Positions 49,862 to 61,645 of a stretch of 64,000 bases of DNA are shown here, piece after piece. The notes beneath the pieces are model-generated. The model had not been told where the DNA came from, made no database searches, and was given only the letters and a program-made list of their open reading frames with translations. Where the stretch lies: positions 124,001-188,000 of the forward strand of contig QPMI01000170.1 of assembly GCA_004431415.1 (NCBI GenBank). The letters run 5' to 3'. The stretch comes from Cyanophora paradoxa CCMP329 (lineage: Eukaryota; Plantae; Glaucophyta). Made by a program: the position numbers and the translations under genes. Position 1 is the first letter of the stretch. The number at the start of each line of letters is the position of its first letter.

Positions 49862-51855
49862 ATGGTCGGAAAAGCAACGCCTCTTTCCTATGCGGGCAAC
49901 CGCGGCAGCCTCCTTGCTGCCGAGCTCGCGACCTTCGCTGTTTCGAATTCAATGGATCCGCGGCCGAATCCCGACCTCGAGGTCAGCGTCTCCAGCCCGC
50001 CGACTAGCCCCTGCGTTCGGGCAACCAGCTCTCCTCGTGCGCGCCTTGGGTTCTCCCCAGGCTGCGCTCGCGCGAACAGCAGCAGCGAGCGTATCCGCCT
50101 CCCTTCAGTGGCAGAGCTCTCGCCAGCCGCGGCCGTCGACTTCGCGGATACTTCTTCTTCCGATGAAAGCAGCGCTGACTCTGGCTCAGCTCCCAGCAGC
50201 GGCACGTCGACTCGGATTGACCCCACGTTCGCCCCTCCCGAGCCCGGGCACCGGCCCCGTCGTGTGCGCTCGACCGACTTCGAGGTCATCACACGTGCGT
50301 TTTTCCCCAGTTACCGTCTAACACTAAATTAACAGCCCGTTGATAGTGGGTTATAAATCTGGCCCTCCCTTAGGCGGAATAACAGCGAATGGGGCGGTGA
50401 TGTTGCGCCACCTAACCGTTGAGCTGTCACTTGCAGCCCTCGGGTCGGGAGGGTTCGGATCGGTATATCTTGGTGCACTGTTTCTCTCCCTTTTCCCTGG
50501 ACGTTCTTTTGGCTGCGTGAACTTACGAGATCTACTTTTTTAGTTCGGCACCGCGCCACCGGCGGCATCTACGCTCTGAAGGTCATGCGGAAGGATCAAT
50601 TGATTCAGCGGGAACAGGCACACTACGTGAAGGCGGAAAAGGAAATTCTTCTTGCCGCCGGCTCGCATCCCTTCATCGCCGATTTAAGCGCGTCGATGCA
50701 GTCCGCGACCCGCGTCTGTGCGCTCCTTGTCGAGTAATCCTTTGTCGGGTGGACCCCCTCACTCCTTTCCCAGACCTCGTCCTCAAGTTCTGCGCGGGCG
50801 GCGAGCTCTTCAATCGCCTCCGGACGGAGAAGATGCTGGCAGAAGACCAAGCGCGATTCTACGCGGCAGAAGTGAGCCGGCTGATTGTTTTTGAACGCGG
50901 CGCCCAGCTTAGAGCATCTGTGTCCCGTCAGGTTGCGCTGGCCATTTCCCATCTCCACTCCTTGGGCATCGTGCATCGCGATTTGAAGCCCGAGAACATT
51001 CTGCTGGATCGCGAGGGACACGTATGCGTGACGGACTTCGGCCTCGGCCGGCAGAACATCGACGAGGAGAGTGCCACGACCCTTGCTGGCACGGCGGAGT
51101 ACATGGCGCCGGTGGGCATCCTGTCGCCGGGGCTCGTTTGCTTCTGACCGTTTCGGGCGCGCAGGAGATCGTCGCGGGGGTCGGGTACGGTAGGGCAGTC
51201 GACTATTATTCGCTCGGCTGCCTCCTCTTCGAGATGCTCTGCGGCGACCCGCCGTTCCCTCGTGCGCCCCGCCGCCCCGCCAGCGCCAGCGCGACGAGGC
51301 TCACCGGGGGGGCGGGCAGGCCCCAAGAACGGGAACGTGAAGGAACTGCACAAGGCCATCCTGGGGAACAAGTTCAAGCTGCCGAGCTACCTCTCTAACG
51401 AGGCGCGCTCCCTCCTTAAGGGCCTCCTCCACAAGGACCCCGCCCAGCGCCTCGGCTCCAAGGCCGGCATCGAGGAGATCAAGAAGCACCGTGCGCCGGC
51501 CCCCTTTCGCTCGATCCCCCCCCTGCTGACCGGCGCGGCAGCCTTCTTCTTCCGCAAGATCAACTTCGAGAAGCTGTATGCGCGGCAGATCGTGCCGCCC
51601 TTCGTCCCGAGCTTCCCGGGGGGCGAGATGGACGTCTCCAACTTCGACCCGCGCGCCACGGCCGGCGGCCGCGCCGCCAGCGACATCTCGCGCCTCCTCG
51701 ACGCCGGTGCCCCCGCCGGCTCCGTGCCCGTCCCGGCCCCCGGGGGCGGCGAGGCGGACCACGAGGCGGCCTTCAAGGCCTTCTCGTGGTACGGGCCCTC
51801 CCTGCTCGCCTCCCTCGAGCTCGCCGCCGCCCGCCCCAGCCCCGGGGCCGCCTAG
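49862..51855 (+). CDS. AGC Ser/Thr kinase, S6K-like
   Basis: [44 protein letters not shown], hydrophobic motif FKAFSW. Confidence 0.9.
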
Positions 51856-52204
51856 CCCCTCCCCTCTCCCGCCCCCGCGGCGCCCACGGCAGCCCTCCAG
51901 GCCCCCCCGGGCCCGGTCCCCCTTCGGCGCGCTCCCGTTTTGTCCTTTCGCCTCTCTCTCTAGATTTCGCGGGGCAGACAGTGCAGCTTCCCGCGCGTTT
52001 GCTTTCTCTGCAGCGCGGGGCAGAATGTGTAGCTTCCGCGCACGCAAGGGCTTTCCCTCTCAAGCTTTAGTACCTAGGGCAGGTAGACGATGCAGCAGCA
52101 CTCGCGCTGTACAGGCGTGCGCGTTTCACCACGCATATTGCTCACAACAGGTTTAATAATACTTCGCTGTATCTTGCCACAGTGCAGTCCTTTCATACCC
52201 TGAG

Positions 52205-52222
52205 GTGTGTGTGTGTGTGTGT
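52205..52222. repeat. (GT)n microsatellite
   Basis: gtgtgtgtgtgtgtgtgt in intergenic DNA. Confidence 0.85.
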
Positions 52223-52725
52223 CCTTGGCATGATTGCTTCGCCGCAGACTCCCAGTGTTCCGCTCTTGAGAACTCAAGAGCCCAGCTGATTTCGTACTTG
52301 CAAATCATATTTTTTAGAACTCAAGAGCGAATTTTTACTATGTAGCGCTATTGCAAGTTCTGCAAGCGGAGCTCCAACAATTGGACAGTTCGTTATCACT
52401 GAGAGTCATATGTAGAATTGAGTCATCGTATCGATTCGTATGTAGAACTCGGAATTGAGTCAGGTCAAGTAGTTCGCTATCTTATGTAGAATTGACAAGT
52501 CGTACACAAGGAGCGCAGGGCCGGGTGCCGGGGGCGAGTGAGTTGGGGGAGCAGTGGAAGTGACCCTACGGCTAATTGAACAGAGGGAGCTTCGGAGAGG
52601 CGAGGGGGAAAGGTGGAGAGAGGCACTTGGGCGGAATGGGCAAGAGGACGGGCAGGGACGGATTGCGGGGTTTGAGGCTCCGCAGGCAGGCCTCACTGAG
52701 TCACGAACCCTCTGCGGATCAGGAG

Positions 52726-54361
52726 TCAGCGATGCGTAAGACCCGGGCTCGAGCGGCGGCTGGAGCGCGGACCGAGCTCGCCGAGGAAGATGTTCTTGTC
52801 CGAGCTGCAGGAGCCGATGATCGGCTCGTTCGGGTGGAAGTCCACCTCCTGCGGCCGGGTCGGCGCTCACGGGGGCGAGGCTAGGGGGAGGGGGGGCGAG
52901 GCCGCGCACGTTGACGCAGCCGGCGTGGCCGGGGAGCTTGTAGGTGATCTTGCGGGTGTTGGTGTCCCAGACGTACACGAAGCGGTCGCCGGAGCCAGCC
53001 GAGATCTTCGAGCCGTCCGGCGACCACGCGCACTTCAGCAGGTTCTTCTCGAACGTGTGCTGCACCCCGAAGAACGTCTTCACGCAGCGGTTCTCGGGCG
53101 CGAACGGTCGCAGGTCCCACATCCTGCGCGGGGCAGGGTCAGAAGGCGGGACGAGGCCGAGCGGGGGTACGGCGCGGGACCGCACCGCACACTGTTGTCC
53201 ATCGCGTTTGATAGCACGTGCGTTCCGTCCGGGCTCAACCGCAGGGAAGTGATCTGCCCGCGGTGGGTCAGCTGGGCACCTTAGCTGGGGCCGCTGGGAC
53301 CGCGCACGGTGTCTGTGTGGCCCGCGAGCTTCATCACAACCTCACCCTTCCGCAAGTCCCAGATCTGTGGCGGCACCGGATTAAGGGCGGGCGGGGTCCG
53401 GGGGAGGGGAGGTGGGGGCGGGGCACACGCGAATGTCGTTGTCGAGGCCGCCTGTGAGAACCTGTGTGGAGTGCTCCGTGAACGCGACTGTGCAGATCGC
53501 GTACTTGTGCTTCAGGATCTGCTGCGAGCCCCTGACGCGCACATCCCAGACCTGCGGGGGTGGGGGGGGGGGGGGGGGGGGGAGCGTTCGGTCGAGGCGC
53601 CCGGCGGCGGTGGGGAGGGGCGTCGTGCGCACGCGCGCGGTAGTATCATCGGAGCCAGAGACCACAAGCGGCGGGCCCTTGACCGCGGGGCAGCACGCAT
53701 TCACGTAGCTGGTGTGCTCGTGCATCTTCTTCACACGCGCGCCCGTCTCAGCGTCCCACAGCATGACCGTCTTATCCGCCGAGGAGGAGAGGATCTTGCT
53801 GCGCGCAGGCGCAGGTGCGCTCGTCAGCGCTCTCAGCTGCGCAAGCAGGGCATCTCGCGAACCTGCCGTCGTAAGACCAGTGGACGTCAAGCACGGCCGA
53901 GCTGTGGCCGCGGATTACATTGTAGTTCTTGCAGTCCTCATACACGTTCCAGAGATCTGTGGGATGGCGCCCCCGGCTTGAGGCGGCTGGCGAATGGGCC
54001 TGCGGCGGCACGGCGCACAGACTGTCTTGTCGAAGGACGCTGACGCTAGATGCTTGCCGTTCGGGCTGAACTTCATCGAAAACACCTCGCCCTGCGTTTC
54101 GGGCATGCCGCTTACACTTCCGCGCGGCGAGGTCGAGGCACTGGCACCTTGTGCCCGGTGAGCAGCATGATGGGCGCTTGGAGGTTCGATGTTCGCTTGA
54201 CGCCCTGCCGATGCAAGCATCGAACGGAGGGCGCGGAGCTGCCGCGGGGTGCGCACGGCGGGGATGAGTGCGCCATCGGTCTTCTGCTTCTTGATAATGG
54301 CCCCCGCGTTGGGCTCGTCATCGACCTTCCGTTTGACGATCAGGGCCCCTGCGTCCGCCAT
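52726..54361 (-). CDS. SNRNP40: U5 snRNP 40 kDa WD40 protein
   Basis: RTSNLQAPIMLLTGH, LWNVYEDCKNY, WDLRPFAPENRCVK, HTFEKNLLKCAWSPDG, YKLPGHAGCVNEVDFHP. Confidence 0.95.
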
Positions 54362-54464
54362 CTTTCGCCGCAGTGGTCCTGGTCGACCAGGGTACTACCC
54401 GTTTACTAGCCAAACCAGTACCCAAGACGAGAATAGCACATCAACTGCGTGGGCCGCTAGCAAG

Positions 54465-55774
54465 ATGTCGGCGGCCGGGACCTACGCCAACAACACAACC
54501 GCAAATCACCTGCTTACAGAGGACTATGTGAAGGTGCGGCGGCAAGGCATAGGTCGCTTGTCTTGACTTCGCTGACGAGCGGCCGCGCAGACACATATCG
54601 ACACAGGGAAGGGAGAGAAGGAGAAGAAGTATAAGTATCTGCTACCAAAGCACAGCGAGAGTCCCTTCGGCGACTTCCCTCCCTCGCACAAGACCCGGCG
54701 GATGAAGGAGACCTCGCCGACCCACGAGATGCCCCTAGAGATTGTTGCAACGCGTGCATCGCCGACACAGAGTGCGTCGTGTGCCTCCGCATGCCCCCCG
54801 CCCGATTCCACGCCCTGACCTATTTTCATCCCTGCAGCAGACTTCCAGCGAAAGAAGGAGCCGGTGAATGTCCTTGCGCCCAGCTCGCTAGCAGAAGGCA
54901 GGAAAGAGTTCGCACCGCCGCGGCCTATTGCTGGCGCTTTCCAGCGGAGGCCAGTGAAGCCGACTGAGTTCCGGCGTTTCTACGACCGCGGTGATCTCCC
55001 CATTGCGGTGGAGCACAGGGGCACTGGCAACAAGATCCAGTGGAAGGTGCGATGCGTGCCGCTGTCGGTAGCTAAGCTACTCGCTAAGTGTGCCGCTCCC
55101 CAGGTTGAGATTGAGAAGCTCGACTACCACCACTATCTGCCCATATTCTTTGACGGTCTTCGGGAAAAGGAGGAGCCTTACCGGTTCTTGGCAGTCCAGG
55201 TGCGAGCTACCGGTCTTGTTGCCTTAGCCAGAGCGACCTGACGCGCGGCGGCCGCAGGGTGTCTTCGATATGCTTGAGAACGGCGGCTCAAAGATTCTGC
55301 CCGTCATTCCTCAGCTTATTATCCCCATTAAGAGTGAGCGCGGCGCCTGCCCGGTCGCAGGCGCCATGTTCATCTTGTCTCGCGCAGCCGCGCTCAACAC
55401 GCGGGACCCGGAGATCATCTGTGCCGTCCTTAAGGTCTTGCAGCAGCTGGTTGTGTCCGGAGAGATGATTGGCGAGGCGCTGGTGCCGTACTACCGGCAA
55501 ATCCTCCCCATCTTCAATCTGTTCAAGAACAAGAACTGTGCGCGCTCTAGCTCCGCTGATCTGCCCGCTCAGTGCTGATACGAAGCGTACAGTGAACTAC
55601 GGAGACGGCATTGACTTCGGCCAGCGGCGGCGGTTGAACATGGGCGATCTCATCCAGGAGACTTTGGAGCTTTTCGAGGTGCACGGGGGGGAGGATGCGT
55701 TCATCAACATTAAGTACATGATCCCCACGTACGAATCTTGCGTAGAAATTAGTGCCGACGCCGCAGCAAAGTGA
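54465..55774 (+). CDS. PACRG: Parkin co-regulated gene protein (axonemal inner junction)
   Basis: [80 protein letters not shown]. Confidence 0.97.
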
Positions 55775-55976
55775 GGACCGCCTCTGGTCGGGGCGTTGCA
55801 GCAGTTTAGTCAGGCGAGTAGTAGTGCTTGTGTACAAAGATCATCGCGTAGGCTGCTTTCACCGCTTTCGATTGCACGCTCGGAAAGAGACGACTTGCAT
55901 AGACTCCCTTAAAGAGAGATGGTGGGTATGCTGTGATAAACAGGCCTAGGGGTGTCCATGACGGGAAGGGGACGAG

Positions 55977-56862
55977 CTAGAAAGAGGACTGGGGCTGGGC
56001 TGCGCCGGTCGGTGCATCTTCGGGGCGGGAGGCGGCGGGCTCGGCGGGAGGGGAGAGGGAGGCGTCGGACTCGGAGGAGGCGGGGGAGTCGGACTCCGGG
56101 GCGGGGGCCTGGCCCTCGGGGGCCTCCCCGTAGGGGACGACGGCGGCGAGGCGCTCGCGGTAGCGGAGGACACGGTGGCCCCACAGGGCCAGGTGCCTGC
56201 CGCCGCTCAGCCCGCCGCCCCGGGCAGGCGGGGCGTAGGGGGCACGGGCACCAGCTCCGGATCTTCTTCGCGTAGGCGACGTGCTGCGAGAGGAGCTGCT
56301 GGCGCCCCACGCCCCCCGTCGCCGGTCTCCGCGTGATCTCCTGCGGCCACGACTCGAGGGCGTAGAGGGTGGGGCGGGGCGGGCAGGGGGGCGCACGGCG
56401 GTCGTGACCTGCCGCCGCATGGGCTTCAGGCGCGAGAGCGTGTGCTTGTTGTGGTCCTTCGGGGGCGGCAGGGCGGGCTGCTCCTGCGCCGCTTCGCCCT
56501 CCTGTGCAACTCTCAACGACGGGGCGCGCGCGCGCTAGGTTCCCTTCCTACCGCGCTCGAGCGCGGGGGCGCCCAGATGCTGCCCCCCACGTCGTGGACG
56601 AGCCACTGGCGGAGCGCAGCGTACAGAGGCGTATCTTCGTTGAGGTGCGACACGGGAACGCGTCTCCTGCAGATGACCGCCGTGTCCGCGCTCCTGCAAG
56701 GTGCGTGAGAATCTACGACGGGCCAGCTCTTGCTTGCGCACTCCACGTCCAGCCCATCTCCTGGCGGGCCCTCCGGGACGCTCGCGCTGTACTGATCTAC
56801 GCATGGAGCTGAGCGGCGCCCGGTTCTGGGGTGCGCCGATGCGCACCATCCTCGCTGGCCAT
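55977..56862 (-). CDS. LIN37-like MuvB/DREAM subunit
   Basis: ICRRRVPVSHLNEDTPLYAALRQWLVHD resembles LIN37 (..NENTPLYPICRAWM..); C-terminal QLLSQHVAYAKKIRSW...RVLRYRERL resembles the plant LIN37 helix. Confidence 0.65.
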
Positions 56863-57517
56863 GTGCTCGTCGCCCTCGGCGTCTACATCTCTGTGTGAAG
56901 GGCGCTAGCTAAGATGAAAGCTGAGAATACTGAAAGAATGCAACGCACAGCCTGCGGCTCACTCCATCGCGCTGGCTGTGGCCGTGGGTCAGGTCGGCCC
57001 CAAAGAGTCAGCCTGTGGCGCCGCTAGAGCGCACCCGTCCTCCAAGCTCTCCCGGGCACGCGTGCTCCGAACTTTGCCGGCGCTCATGGTCAGCAGCGCG
57101 CCCACGGTCGCCTGCGTCGGGCTTTCCTCCGTATCCTGCCCGGCAGTGTCCGCGTCTGCCGGAGCCTCCATCCCGACTGAGAGCGATTCTTCGGCTTTTC
57201 GGTCGCTTTTGATGTCCACTGCTACGCGGTTTGTCGCCCTCGAGCTCAGCCCGTTGAGGGTAAGCTCACTGTACCCCTGCAGACAGGCACCTTGGAGCAA
57301 TCCTTGAATTACGATCATGATCAAGCTCTGGATAGCTTAAGATCACAAATTTAAGAAGCTAAGAATTACGACCACATGTACAAGGAATCAGAGAATTACG
57401 ATCGCACGATGATCTAGATCTAGATCTATAGCTAGCACAGCGGTACGCTTGTATGGGGAAGAACTTCGCCGGAGGTTTGCTGCAACTTACCTAAAAGTAC
57501 TCCAACTTCTCCGCAAG

Positions 57518-58018
57518 CAGTGATGGCTGGGTTATTGATAACATATTTTAGCAACCATTATTTTAACCCAGGTATTTTGATTATTGATAGTGGTGCCAAA
57601 TTCCAGGGGTTATCGATAACACCGCTAATTAATGGGGGTGCGGTGCAAAAATCCCATTTTCCTCGCGCAACAACGCGCAGAAACGATTAAGAATGACAGC
57701 AGAACGTTAAAGAATGCTGTTAGACACCAGGGAAACTCCAGCAGGCTCTGATGCGACGGATGCCGGATGACAACCCCTCGTCTTTCTGCCTGTAGACTTC
57801 TATGAGCTGGTCAGCAGCGTTTAATTGCTTTGGATAGTGGATAAGAGAGCGTTCTGAACAGTTTGGCGACGTTTCTGCTCTGTCCGAGCGGGGTTTCTAT
57901 GGCGCTTGTGGGGGTGGTTATCGATAACATACGGTGCCATAATAATAATATAAAATAATGGTGCTAAAGATTATCGATAGCGGTCACGATTTGCCAAGAA
58001 TTAATAATACCATCACTG
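57518..58018. mobile_element. hAT-type MITE, 501 bp
   Basis: TIR CAGTGATGG...CCATCACTG; perfect 8-bp TSD TCCGCAAG at 57510-57517 and 58019-58026; repeated TTATCGATA motifs. Confidence 0.92.
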
Positions 58019-59670
58019 TCCGCAAGTACCGCTAAAAAAACCACCAAGAACCTCTGCACGGACCTCGAAAGGTACGACCAGGGTACGGGTGGTTGAGGTA
58101 CCGGATCACTGACAATCCCGAAGCTCATACAAGCCCAGGATCGGGCACTAAAACCTGGTCGGCGTTCCGGGCCGTAGCTAGGCGCTCCAGCTGCAGGAAT
58201 GGCGTCCTATCGATCAATACTGGTGTCTCTGATGCCAAGCGCGCGCCCCCGAAGCGATTCAGGTGCCGTCCGTGCGAACTGCTTCGCCCCACTGGTCTGA
58301 CGCGGTCCGAGCTGCAGCTAGGTGGCCGGAAAGTGCAGGCGGTCAACCTATGAGCTGACGGCTATCGGGCAGCGCAGGCAGGTGCGGCTTTTCAAAGTCG
58401 CCGCTAACGGTCACATTGCACTGAGCGCAATCTGCCCGCAGACAAGCGCTCTCGCTGGCTGAAACGCATCTAACGAGTCTGTAGAGGGGGCCAGAGTGCT
58501 TCGCCGCTGCCGCCGCCGCCGACTAGGTGTGGTGCTGCCGCCGCCGCTGCCGCCCACTCCATTGACGAAGCGCAGACCCTGTAGATCAGCCGTCGTGCAA
58601 GCCGTGTCGTCGGTAGAAGCAGATGCTGTCTCTTAGGCCGCCCTCCTTCACGGTTCGCCGCCCGCTTGCATGCTCTCGACCGCCCGACCGACGCACGACC
58701 CGTATCGATTGCAGCGCGCTCGGCTGGCGGCGGCATGATGTAGCAGAGCTTTCTGATCTGTGCAGCAATGCCGCGGTCCGTTCGGTTTCCTTTTTCCGGT
58801 TGTCCGCTCCTTCGCCGCCTGCTGATTCCTCTCGCACGCAGCCAGACGGTGCTGCGCTATTGCTGCTCTGATGAATACGAAGCGATAGTGCTGTTTTGGC
58901 GGAGCTGCTGCATCGACGAGCAGCCGCCTCGCTACGCCGGCCGGCCGGCCGGCGCTCTCTTGAACCCTGCGCTTCTAGCTGCGCTGCTTGGCTCGCGCTG
59001 CTAGATCTAGACAGTTTGGCTTTCAGTATGGCTGGAGCGCAACACCCGCCGCCAGGCCGGTCTAGATCTGCTGCCGGCTGGCGGACCGCGCCCGGCCTCC
59101 AAGCACCGCTTTCTGCGTGGCTGCTCTCCAGCCTAGCCTAGGATTCTGTGATCTATTTGTGTTTTAGTGAAGCACACGCTCTCGCACCCACTGGGCCAGG
59201 CTCGGCGCGGATCTTGGGGCTTGGTTAGTTCTTGGCCGCAGTGCTTGAATGGGTCGCATGATGTGTGTCGGCACCCCTCAGAAGCGTACTGCAGCAGATC
59301 TGAGCGTATAAGCTTGCACGGGCCGGCTGAGTACGCCGACGCCGCGCCTTGCACGCCGAGGCAACTAGTCCGCCAGGCCGACACCCCCTCGGCTGCGCGC
59401 ACGCCGTCATTCGGTGGCTGGTCCGCCGCGAGCCCTCCGAGGGCTCGCATTGAAGAGAAAACTCAATTTGACACCGCGCGAATGCTTCGGGGATGAGCTG
59501 CGCGACGTTTACTTGACGCGCGACGCGCTGATCCTGTGAGTGATCATGAGCGATATGAGGTGCGGGGTAAGCGAGTTCGCGACGCAGAAGCTGCAGGCGG
59601 GCTGTATATGGCCTTATTTAATGTTATCATGCTTAGTTATAGCGGCCACCGCACTGCGGCAGTTGCCAAG

Positions 59671-60041
59671 TGCGCTGAGCGGGATGCGCTAAGCAGTAGG
59701 CTAGGCCCAGAGGCGCCCCAAGCAGAGAGGGACAGGCCCGTACAGCACCGTAGGGCGACGGCAAGCGGGTGCCATTACGTACACAGCAGGCGCAGAGCCG
59801 GTGTAAGACAGCAAGTAACAGGTACAGCGTAAGACAGTAAGTACAGAGAACAAGGACAAGAACGACAGCCAGCAAGCGAGCGCCGCGCAGGGCAAGCGAG
59901 GGCCCAGGGCTAAAATAAGCGGGCCAGTTGGCAACAACGTGGCACCAGGAATAGCAGGCTACAAAGGGTACAAGGCAAGGCAAGCTGCCGGCTTAGAGCC
60001 GACGACCAGGGCTAGCTGGGAGTCGGAAAGTGGGCGGCACA
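59671..60041 (-). repeat. LTR (3' copy in the inferred orientation)
   Basis: Direct repeat of 63553-63923. Confidence 0.93.
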
Positions 60042-60132
60042 CGCTTCCCGCTACAAAAAGCCGTCCTCGGCGCTACGAGCTAAAGGCTGAACTAAAGCTG
60101 CGTAGGCGAGGCTGAACGGACTACAAGCCAAA

Positions 60133-61290
60133 AGCCGGCTACCGTCCCTGCACAGAAAGCCGTCCTCGGCGCCACAGCGGGCGGGCCGGAGGGGCAAATG
60201 AAAATCCATCAGGCCGTCGGCACCAGTATGAGGAACTGGGCCCAACAAGGAAAGTTGGGTGAGGGACCCACGACCTGACGCCAGAGCGCGCGGAGCGCCG
60301 CCAGCCAACCGGGGGCAAACCCTCTAAATCCCGCCGGAGGGGAAAACGAGTGCTAGCGCTAGCACTAAGCTCGAATTCGAAGCCGGCGCCGCCCGCCGGG
60401 CTGCGGCGGCGCCGGGTCGAAAGTTCCACAGTGTAGAAGGTACTTGACGTCGAGTGTAGGAGTGTAGGACCGCAGGCTCGATCAGCAGAGCCGCAGCGGC
60501 AGAGTACGCGTTGCGGGCCAAGCTCGGCGCAGCTTGCCGCAGTGCGTTGCCAAGTGACTCGGCCGGCGGAGTCACAAGGCGGGGCGATCGGACAGCACAG
60601 TAGAGTGTGCAGCCGCGTACGCGTAGAGCAGGCAAGCCATGAAGAGTAGAGGAGGCGAGCCAGTCGTACGGGGTCAGGCTCCTGGTCGCATCATACACGA
60701 TGGTAGCCGCTCTTGGCGATGGGTCTGTATGATGCGACCAGGAGCCTGACCCCGTACGACTGGCTCGCCTCCTCTACTCTTCATGGCTTGCCTGCTCTAC
60801 GCGTACGCGGCTGCACACTCTACTGTGCTGTCCGATCGCCCCGCCTTGTGACTCCGCCGGCCGAGTCACTTGGCAACGCACTGCGGCAAGCTGCGCCGAG
60901 CTTGGCCCGCAACGCGTACTCTGCCGCTGCGGCTCTGCTGATCGAGCCTGCGGTCCTACACTCCTACACTCGACGTCAAGTACCTTCTACACTGTGGAAC
61001 TTTCGACCCGGCGCCGCCGCAGCCCGGCGGGCGGCGCCGGCTTCGAATTCGAGCTTAGTGCTAGCGCTAGCACTCGTTTTCCCCTCCGGCGGGATTTAGA
61101 GGGTTTGCCCCCGGTTGGCTGGCGGCGCTCCGCGCGCTCTGGCGTCAGGTCGTGGGTCCCTCACCCAACTTTCCTTGTTGGGCCCAGTTCCTCATACTGG
61201 TGCCGACGGCCTGATGGATTTTCATTTGCCCCTCCGGCCCGCCCGCTGTGGCGCCGAGGACGGCTTTCTGTGCAGGGACGGTAGCCGGCT
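60133..61290. repeat. Perfect inverted repeat: 565-bp arms (60133-60697 and 60726-61290), 28-nt loop
   Basis: Arms are reverse complements; mirrored ORF translations are identical. Confidence 0.95.
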
Positions 61291-61308
61291 AGCCGGCGTA
61301 CGCACAAG

Positions 61309-61645
61309 CCGCCGGGCTGCGGCGGCGCCGGGTCGAAAGTTCCACAGTGTAGAAGGTACTTGATGTAGAATGTAGGAGTGTAGGACCGCAGGCTCGATCA
61401 GCAGAGCCGCAGCGGCAGAGTACGCGTTGCGGGCCAAGCTCGGCGCAGCTTGCCGCATTGCGTTGCCAAGTGACTCGGCCGGCGGAGTCACAAGGCGGGG
61501 CGATCGGACAGCACAGTAGCGTGTGCAGCCGCGTACGCGTAGAGCAGGCAAGCCATGAAGAGTAGAGGCGGCGAGCCAGTCGTACGGGGTCAGGCTCCAC
61601 AGCAGCAGCAGGCCACTGGTCGCATCATACAGACCCATCGCCAAG
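61309..61645. repeat. Third, slightly diverged partial copy of the inverted-repeat arm
   Basis: Same orientation as arm 1; a few substitutions plus a ~18-nt insertion near 61599; extends 15 nt into the loop sequence. Confidence 0.9.

Noticed and set aside
46021-51855. MAF1 and S6K-like kinase as a TOR-pathway cluster
   Set aside because: Separated by an unrelated F-box gene; proximity is explicable by chance
58030-59660. Short ORFs between the MITE and the LTR element
   Set aside because: No motifs, intron pattern or terminal repeats recognised; possibly decayed repeat DNA
60324-61644. Three near-identical ~125-140 aa ORFs as a gene family
   Set aside because: They are by-products of the inverted repeat; no recognisable domain or coding bias
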